This document shows positions 55,601-64,000 of a DNA stretch of 64,000 bases, piece by piece. The stretch covers positions 1,240,001 through 1,304,000 of the forward strand of contig CAVNZM010000014.1 of NCBI GenBank assembly GCA_963693365.1, in the 5' to 3' direction. The notes under the pieces were generated by a model. That model was not told where the DNA came from. It searched no databases and saw only the letters and a program-made list of their open reading frames with translations. The position numbers and the translations under genes were made by a program. Source of the stretch: Amoebidium appalachense (taxonomy: Eukaryota > Protista > Ichthyosporea). How positions within the stretch are numbered: the first letter of the stretch is position 1; each line of letters begins with the position of its first letter.

Positions 55601-57435
55601 TGGTGGTGGTGATCATAGGAGGAGGGGGGGGGAGGGGGGGGGGGGGGGGGGGGGGGGGGCTTATTCTGAAGTTCTGCTTTTGCTGTATAACAATGTTAAA
55701 AGCCGAAAATTCTGCTGATAATAATGCAGAAAGCATCATTGCAGGGCACTTTGCGGATGTGGTTGGCCCCTAATGTTCGAGTACTCTTGTCTCTAGAGAT
55801 TTTTAGTTTCTTGGAGACACCAGAATGGTTACACTTGTGTGATCATAGACTGGCTCTGTTCCAAATATGCAACTTATGATTGTGGTTGCCCCTGGCCACC
55901 CACACATGGTTGAGATTTTAAACCCATCCACTAGTACTGCATTCTCCTTCATCTCATATTTTGTACAAATAATGATCATAGGCATAGGCTCAACTTGTAC
56001 ACGTGGGTAAGCACTCGGCCAGACACAGAAGCAGAGGAAATGCATTTGATTTAACATTATGTCATGACCGTGAGACTTAGCGCCAAGGGGGGGGGGGGGG
56101 GGGGGGGGGGGGGGAGGGGGGGGAGAGGGGGGGGGGGGGGGGGGGGAGGGGGGGGGGAGGGGAGATTTCTAAGGGTGGATCTAGCAAAGACAATGGGCAA
56201 GCTTCGGACCCAAATACCCATCATGATATCCGTCATGTGCACCTGCTGGTGCTGCTCTGCTCTTGGTGGAGAGCAAATATCAGCTTGTTCTCCACAGCTG
56301 ATCATCATATACCATGCTGGAATAATGTGGCGGTTACGATGTTGCCGTGCACGTCACTTGAAAGACGAGTGATAATAAACACGCGTGAAAAAACGTAGGA
56401 GTGCATGTGGGAGCTCATATGCGTAGCCTATACAGGGTTTTACCATCTGTGCAACCACTGGAACACCCAAGTACTAATAATAAGTAATATTCCTACTTTT
56501 TTTTATAGTTTTACTTGTACTTTTTTGACCTGTATGTAGACGCTGTGCATCCAATGAAACAGCTTACGCAGATTGTGACCTTCAAGCACCACCTCCAAAA
56601 CAGTCATGTACATGTGTGGTAGTGTAGAGATGTGTGCTACGGACTAAAGCCTCTTTATCTCGAGAGGTATTGGGGCCTTGGCCAGAGCCCAGGAGTCCCC
56701 TTCGCGCATGGAACAAGAGGTACGGAAAGGTAGCCCTACGTAATAAAGCAGCAACATCGGCCTCATGGCCTCATAGTCATCTGGTTACGACTGAAGGCGG
56801 CCCTACGTAATACGATGATTTGGCGCCAAAAATAGCCAATTAAAATGATTGAAATAGATGACGACGTCAGCAAGACGCGCTGAATTCATGACACCACTGT
56901 CACCGTGACCAGCCGGCGCCGTGACCACGGCCATGCTCGTGGCCGTGAGTGCCCGTGACGCAGTTGAAGACTTTGACCAAGTTTTCACTGAAACTTCTTT
57001 AGCCGAGCGTTGCACGTGCCGAGGCTTCTATTTTAGGTGTTAGAATTTACCCTGTTGTGCTGCGCGTGCCGTTATTGTAGAAAACAGGCTAGCAGTCACT
57101 GAGTGATCGACGAGGAACGGTGCAACGTTTGAACATAGCAGCTTTCTTTCCTCCTCTTACCCACCCTTCTTATGCCTCCGCCCACTCCGCCCAACTCCCC
57201 CCCCCCCCCCCCCATGTTTTCTAAAGCCAGGCGGTAAAAGAATTCGAAAGGAGGACGGCAAACCTCGCGAGCACAAGCTAGTAGAAAACAACTAAGCAGT
57301 CGTAAACCTTTTTTAACTCTTATCTTTTCTCTTAGGCACATTAGTTTCCTATAGTGGTTAGTTGTCCCTTAGTTGAATATGGCTGACGCAAGAGCTTATT
57401 CCATCGAGCCAGCTGACAGCAGCAAGGGTTTGTAG

Positions 57436-57468
<33 letters not shown>

Positions 57469-58154
57469 ACCCCCCTCCCCCCCTCCCCCCCCCCGCCCTA
57501 AGCCCCCCCCCCTCCCCCCCCCCCCCCCCCTTTTACCGTGTTTCCTCTTTGCGTTTTACTGCCTTCGTCTTCTATCTAGGTCTGTACATCAGCCGACCCC
57601 ATTCATGCCCAAAGGCCTTACACTCCTCACTTTCAATTGCATCGCACCCCCGGATATTTATACTCACGTGTTCGCAAGCATGAAGACACTCCCCCCCCCC
57701 CCCCCCCCCCCCTCACCCCCGCCCCCTCTCTCTGCCTTTCCTCTCGCCTGTGGGAAACCTGAGGGCGTCTTTTTCAGCCTCTAGGCATTGTGCATGAGAT
57801 GTGAACTTTTTTGAAGGTCCCCCCCCCCCCCCCCCCCTGCCCCGCCCCCTCCCCTCTTATTCGTTTCCACCACCTCCCCTTCTATGCACTCTGCCCCCCT
57901 TCAACTCCCCTCTCTTCCCCCCCTCCCCCCCACTTCATCACCACCAACACCATCCCCCGTTTTTGTCCATTTCTTCCTCCACTGTATTCGCCTCTCCCCC
58001 CTCTCTCCTTCTCTCCGTTTCGTCTGTTATCCCTCCATGCTTTCCTCCCTCGCTCACTTTTCCATCCCCCCTCTCTCCCTGCATCCCCCTTCCCACCCAC
58101 CCACCCGCCCACCCTCTCTCCTTCCCTGCGCACCCCCCTTTCTCTTTTCCCTGT

Positions 58155-58210
<56 letters not shown>

Positions 58211-59054
58211 CCCCCCCTTCCCCCCCTCCCCCCCCTCTCTCTCTCTCTCTATATATATATATATCTCTCTCTCCCCTTTCTATCTCTCTCTCTCCCTTCT
58301 CTCTCTCTCTCCTTCCCCCCCTCCTCCCCCCCTCCCCCCCCCTCCCCCCTCCCCCCTCTTCCCCTTCCCCCCCCCCCTCTCTTTCTCTCTCTCTCCCCCC
58401 CCCCCTCTCTTTCTTTCTTTCTTTCTCTTCCTTTCAATCTGTTTCTCCCCCCCCCCCCCCCCCCCCGGCCCCCGCTTTCTCTCTCTGGCAGTGTGTTTGT
58501 TTTTTACTGTGTCGGTTTGTGTCTGTGTCATTTTGTTCTTTCCAACCCCCTTCTTCCATCAATGTTTAACTTTTGGAATAACAAGAACATCCACCTGGCC
58601 TTGGACCCCCCCCCCTCCCCCCCCCCCCCCCCCCCCTTCGCACCCCCAACATAACCCAGCCCTCATCCCCCACCCTCGTCATCCTTATCTAAGGGAAATA
58701 GTACGAACAACCTCCCCCCCCCCCCCCTCCCCCCGCGCCCCCCCTTCCCTTCCCCCGCCCTCCGCCCTTTCTTCCCGGAACAAAAGCAAAAAGAATGAAA
58801 AAAGCCAAGAATGGATTGAAAAGGAAATTACATCAAAAAGCAAATAAGAAGAGAAAACAAAGAAGGGACACTTTTATACATGCACGCACACACGCGCTCA
58901 CTACGCACACGCACGCATTCACGCACACACGCACACACGCATGCGCGCGAAAAAAAATAAAGGTTAGAAAAAGAATATCTAAACCATGGGGTAGCATAGA
59001 GAATGTGGGAGGGAGACGGAATCATGGGTTTGTATTTTCAACATGCTTCTACAG

Positions 59055-60433
59055 GCCGTCACCCAAATGGGGCCCAAGTTGAGGGAACTTGACGTGGTGT
59101 GTGAATTTCCGGAGTCACCGCCTGTGGCCCAAGAGGCTGCTTTGGTTTCCTGCATGTGGGATAGGTGCTGCAACCTTCAAAGAGTGTCTATTAAAGGGTT
59201 GGAGTGGCCTGAAACGTCATCAACGCACCTGGAAGCCCTTCACGACATTACCATCGAAACGCCCGTGCTGAGCAAAGCGGCTGTAGAGATGGCGTTGCAG
59301 GCGGCACCAAACATGCGTCGTTTGTGTTTGCTCGACAAAGACATCTACGATGAGGGACTTGGGTTTATTGGCGCGGCAATGAACCTGCGCGAATTGGTAC
59401 TTAATGACGTCGATGTGGGGGGTTTGGATGTGTCACCACTGGCGGCATGCCCCCACCTCCGCAGATTGTTTGCTCAGCCTGGGGGAATACACCCCCTTCA
59501 TATTCGGGGATTACAGGCGCTAACCGCACTTCGTGTCCTCAACGTCAACTACACTAGCGGAGGGGAGGGGCAACGTGCCGGTCTCACTAAGTTTCAGGCG
59601 GCCCTACCCATTCACTTTCAACATTACGAACCAGACATTGGGTTTTTGGGCGCATCAGTGGATACACTCCGCCGGCTGAGTCTCGATGGGGCATGATCTA
59701 AGCGGCTTGCCCAACTGGCACCGCTGGGCATCACAAAACTAACATCCCTCAGTGTGAATTATCCGGAGGATTGTGTTGTGCCGCAGGAGCCCTTTGCTGA
59801 GTTTCTAGACCTTGAGGTGCTGGCAGTTTAGCAATGGACCAATCACGCCGCTCGGTTCACTGGGGGGCCCCGCCAGCCGCCTACGAAAGTTGTACTTACC
59901 ATGTGCACGACATCATCGACATTGGGGGTGTTGCACAGACCCCCATTGAAGATTTTGTGTTGACGGGTGCGAAGAGACTTACTCGCATAGACCCACTGGC
60001 AACGTGCACGCGACTGGGGAAAATCACGCTGTTTGGGTGCGACTCGGTCATCAGTCTTGACCCCCTGGCGGGCCTTCCCATCTAATACATCAAAATAATC
60101 AGTTCTTGGACGAAAGGAAGAATAACAACGCTGGAGCCTCTGTCCAAGTGTCGGCGCCTACATATTATTTGCTTGAGTTCTTTTCCGAACATCACAACAC
60201 TAGCACCTTTGCGTGTCTACCACGCCTTGAACACATGGAAATGTTCAATCTTCCAGACCTTGCCGAAATCGACTCGTTGGCGGAGTGCACGTCCCTCACC
60301 GCTCTAGCCATCAATGACGTGCCGGGTGTGAGCAGTCTGCAGTGTCTGGCCGGCCATCCATCTCTGTGCCGGCTGGAGGTGAGGCAGCAGTGCCCATGGG
60401 GCCTCACACAGCTGCAGCCCACGGTCAAAGTGG
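59055..60433 (+). pseudogene. Leucine-rich-repeat protein pseudogene
   Basis: LxxLxL / IxxLxPL repeats continue across TGA (59694), TAG (~59828), TAA (60083) and two apparent frameshifts (~59900, ~60210). A possible first exon lies near 57379. Confidence 0.75.
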
Positions 60434-61407
60434 TGAGTGAGTTGACAACTCTCTATTCCCTCCTTCACCCTACCCCCCCCCCCCCCTCCCATCTCCCCCC
60501 TCCCCCCCCCCCCCCCCCCCCCCTCCCCTCGCACCGGACACGCACACACGAACGCACGCCCGCACGCACACACGCACAGACGGCACAAAAACAAGTTGAC
60601 TTGCAACCACTGATATATATCATCTACTCATCACTAGGCTTTGCTTGAAGACTTTCCAGTGCAAAAATCAACCCGCTCGTACAAACAATTCTGTGACGCT
60701 GCGCGGTGGTGGTGGTGGTGCTGGGTGGTGGGGTTGGGGGGGGGGGGGGGGGGGGGGGGGGGAGGGGAGGGGAGAAGGGGGAGGGGGGGGGGAGGGGGGG
60801 GGGTAGGTACTGGCTGGGTGCTAATACTTAACTGCGCAGGTTAGGATTGGTTGATCGGTGATGGGATGGCCCTTCAAGGGTGGTGCAGCGAGTTGCAGTG
60901 GCTGTATGCGCACAGTACAACCTGGCAGGGGTGATAGTTGTGGGATGTCTCGTGGCTTTTATGTTTCCGTACGCTGGGTCTCAAGGTCTCCGACCAAGAA
61001 CTTGATATTTCTTTTCGAATTCTGTCCTTTGTTTTCCAACTTAATCTTAGTCTCTCTGGTGTTAAACTGTATTGCTTGTCTCTGGGGGCTCGTGGTTCTT
61101 ATTGTGTGGTTGATTGTGGGGCCAGTATTTTTTCTCATGCTGTTAAGAATTTTGTCCGACATTGACACACTGTCAGACTGAGGGATTTTAGGCTGAATTC
61201 GATTGTGTATGTCTGTCAGCAAAGCACGATGATATGAATATTTAAAAAGTATTTCATTCTTGAGGGATGGCCACCACTAATGTATGGCCTGCAAATTGCT
61301 AGGTGTGCTCTTGTTTTCGCTTATGTTTACTTATGTGCCCGACACATGCTCACAGTGGTTCACCGCAAATATTATGCATATGCCCCCCCTCTCCCCGTGA
61401 AAGAGTA

Positions 61408-61564
61408 TCTGAGTTGGGTTTCGTTAACGAGGTGAAAGGGTCGAAACTCGGGTACTGTGGATGACATGGGCTCTGCTTATTATGCATACTCTTTTATGTA
61501 TGGTTTGCATTCTGCATCGTGTTATCCGTTGTTCTTCTGTACTTCGTACTTTATGACACATTCA

Positions 61565-61566
<2 letters not shown>
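61408..61566 (+). mobile_element. Dispersed repeat subfamily 3 copy
   Basis: TCTGAGTTGG..AGGGTCGAAACTC..ATGGGCTCTGCTTA...ATTCAAA followed by poly-C. Confidence 0.75.
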
Positions 61567-61612
<46 letters not shown>

Positions 61613-61835
61613 ACAAAAAGAAAAGCCACACACCCCACCTACCCACCCACACTTTTTTTTTGGGGGGGGGGGGGGGTAGCAATGCGACTACTGAATCGGA
61701 TGTGCTTCATGTCATGTGGCAATAAATATTAATACTTAATACATCTTATTAGCAATTGCTTGCTTCATTTTCTCTCTTTATATACTTGCTTGCTTCATTT
61801 TGTCCCTCACGGTTCACCAACCGAGACTGATCATA

Positions 61836-62610
61836 ATGGAGGTGATGTACCCTGAGCTGCACGCGCTAGCGGCCTCTTTCAACGGCTACGAGCACTTTCC
61901 CTCTATTCCCGGCCTCCCCAAGCCCACACCTGCAGGTGCACATGATGGTTCAGTCATCACTCTGGGGCCTGAGTTTGAAGAACGCTACAACCAAGCACAA
62001 GGATACCTGAGAAACCATGTTTCCACAGATGCAACCCTCGCCTCTTGGACGCAGCAACTTACACAAGTACATGGCAAGGTGCTAGTTTTATACCGCCTCG
62101 GGGCGTTCTGTATAACAACTGGTACTACTGGCAGAGCATGGGGAATCGTGTATATGGCAGCAGGGGGTACCTCGTTCCGTTCATCCACATCGACCCGAAA
62201 GACGATGAGAAAGGGCAGAAGCGACTAGAGCTGTAAGCTGTTGACGTGCTGATTGTTTCCGCCGACCGCCAACTCATGTGCAAAGTGGTCAGTACAAACA
62301 ACGGAAATTTTATCTGAGTATCTTTCGTATACGGGGCAGATTGCGGGAACACGAGCGTGCAAGAGCTAAAAGAAGCGAAATACAATCTGCTACGGGAGGG
62401 GTTTTCCCGGTTTGTGGAGACAGGAGAGTGGCGTGCTTTCTGGACGGTTTTCAGGTTCCTGTTCGAGGCAGCAAAAGGAAAGCTAACGACAAAACCAGGC
62501 CCGTCAGGATATGGCAGATTTTTGTGAGATTTTCATGTCTTGGTACGGCGACACGGACGGGATAATTTTCTTTTTTTCTTTTGACTCGGTTTTATTGATC
62601 CGTTGATGAA
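61836..62610 (+). pseudogene. Disrupted intronless ORF of unknown family
   Basis: Protein-like reading MEVMYPELHAL... shifts frame near 62100 to ...YNNWYYWQSMGNRVYGSRGYLVPFIHIDPKDDEK... and continues through TAA/TGA stops. Confidence 0.45.
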
Positions 62611-63433
62611 GGCAACGTGCAGCCACAGGCTACATAACCACCAATAGAACTGAAAAAGCCAAATCTACGAAATAAAAATAAAGCGACAAGTGACAAAGGA
62701 CACCAGCGGGCAAAAACCTTAAGTGTACGTGTATGCGTGAAACTAGTTTGCTCCAACTAGTCATATGCATCGATGTTGACCAGACCACACTCCGCAAGAA
62801 GACATCATTACTGCTGCTTCCCAACAGGCCCCCCTGAAAACCTACCGAGACACAGCAAGCAAGTCAGCCTCTAAAAGAGCAATGCAGACCAAATCTGAGC
62901 TAAAAAACAATCCCAACGGGCCCGGCCCCTAGATAACCCGGAGAAACTGCATCTAGCTCTCTGATAAGGTGGCCTAGTTGTGGCAGGACACACAGAAAAA
63001 AACAATTACAGAATGCATGCAAGCAAACCCGGTCATTGCCATACGACTGGAGGCTAAGGACTGGCAGTCACTTGGAAAGCTCCCCGACGACCAAGTAGCC
63101 GCCCCTCCACTCACGCAGCGCAGAAGTAGCTGAAGAAGTTGCAGCAGCCCACCGCCAATAGGTCGCGTAGAAGCGTAGACAGCGTGTAGAAGTTACCATA
63201 GGTTGCAGTGGACCACCAGGCGTTGAAGAAACCACTTCTCAAGCGAGAAACTCCGCGAAAGGGAGATGCCCCCACACTCTCACAGCAGTAGGGTGACACC
63301 AGGCCACACCACACACATGCTGCAGTCAAGTTCCCCGGAGTGGGACTCCCTCCCACCACAAAAAGAAGAAACAAAAGCCTTTATATACCTGCCATGGTGA
63401 AGAATCGGGAAAAAAAGTTGACGTGACAGCTAA

Positions 63434-64000
63434 GACTCGGAGATCGAAGTGAAAGTGAAGTCCGGGAAAATTTGCAACAGGCACGAATGTATGGATTTGG
63501 CTGAGAGTGATCGTGGGTTGTTCCAAGAAAGTTTCATGGTGTGGGAAGAGGTGGCCATTTTGTTGGGAGATGAAGAGAGAGCGGAACGGGGTTGGAAGAC
63601 CGGAATTAGGCTCACGCAAGACGGCGTCAATAAGGCCCTGCGCATGTTTAACCTCGCAACACAACAACAAAGAGCCAAAAAAGACATGGAGGCGAAGCGA
63701 TATTTCATCATGGCGCTGAAATACGCGCGCGAGAAGGGGTTTTCAGAAAGGGTGGGTATGTGTTTCGACCGTTTGCACATCTTGTACCGCGATTTCATAA
63801 AAAACATGCCCATCATGGAGCGGCAGCTGAAAACTTTGGAGCTCTGGCCGGCCCTTTCTCCCGAGGAAAAAGAGCACACCAGTTACACTGTACGAGTCAC
63901 GCCCATTCCCGGGAATTCACAAAAGCAGAGGGTGGAAATTATATACAAACACACGAGGGGTAATGAGTATGATACTTTTTTTGGCCATGGCCAAGAGGCG
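63434..64000 (+). CDS. Open reading frame of unknown function running off the window end (possibly the intact part of a decayed longer ORF from ~62780)
   Basis: 189 stop-free codons: DSEIEVKVKSGKICNRHECMDLAE...RYFIMALKYAREKGF...EIIYKHTRGNEY. It is absent from the ORF track because it has no stop codon. Confidence 0.55.

Noticed and set aside
54930-56330. Possible exon fragments (ORFs 55803-56057 and 56057-56308; plus-strand 54948-55013)
   Set aside because: No consistent gene model or recognisable domain could be built.
59043-60433. Host alternative genetic code or readthrough explaining the LRR stops
   Set aside because: All three stop types plus frameshifts occur, and intact neighbouring genes end in TAG and TGA.

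Overview
Intron-dense eukaryotic genomic DNA, probably from a unicellular opisthokont (taxon cannot be fixed from sequence alone). Introns are filled with poly-G/C tracts and (CA)n/(GT)n microsatellites, which generate nearly all of the ORF-track entries. Manual GT-AG splicing gives five frame-consistent multi-exon genes: an EH-domain/coiled-coil protein (-), an unusual ~1000-aa TFIIB-like protein with no Zn ribbon and a long Pro/Gln/Tyr tail (-), a tandem-CUE protein (+), a zf-4CXXC_R1/coiled-coil protein (-) and a 2-TM protein (+). An intronless Ser/Thr kinase (+) is also present. Three gene pairs are head-to-head around CCAAT+CRE promoters. Mobile DNA includes two hAT-type MITEs with 8-bp TSDs and a piggyBac-type MITE. 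It also includes a family of about 15 one-end-truncated retroelement-like fragments that sit in poly-G/C tracts, are co-oriented with host genes and carry a permuted hammerhead-like motif. The right end holds an LRR pseudogene and a microsatellite-free block of decayed ORFs running off the window.
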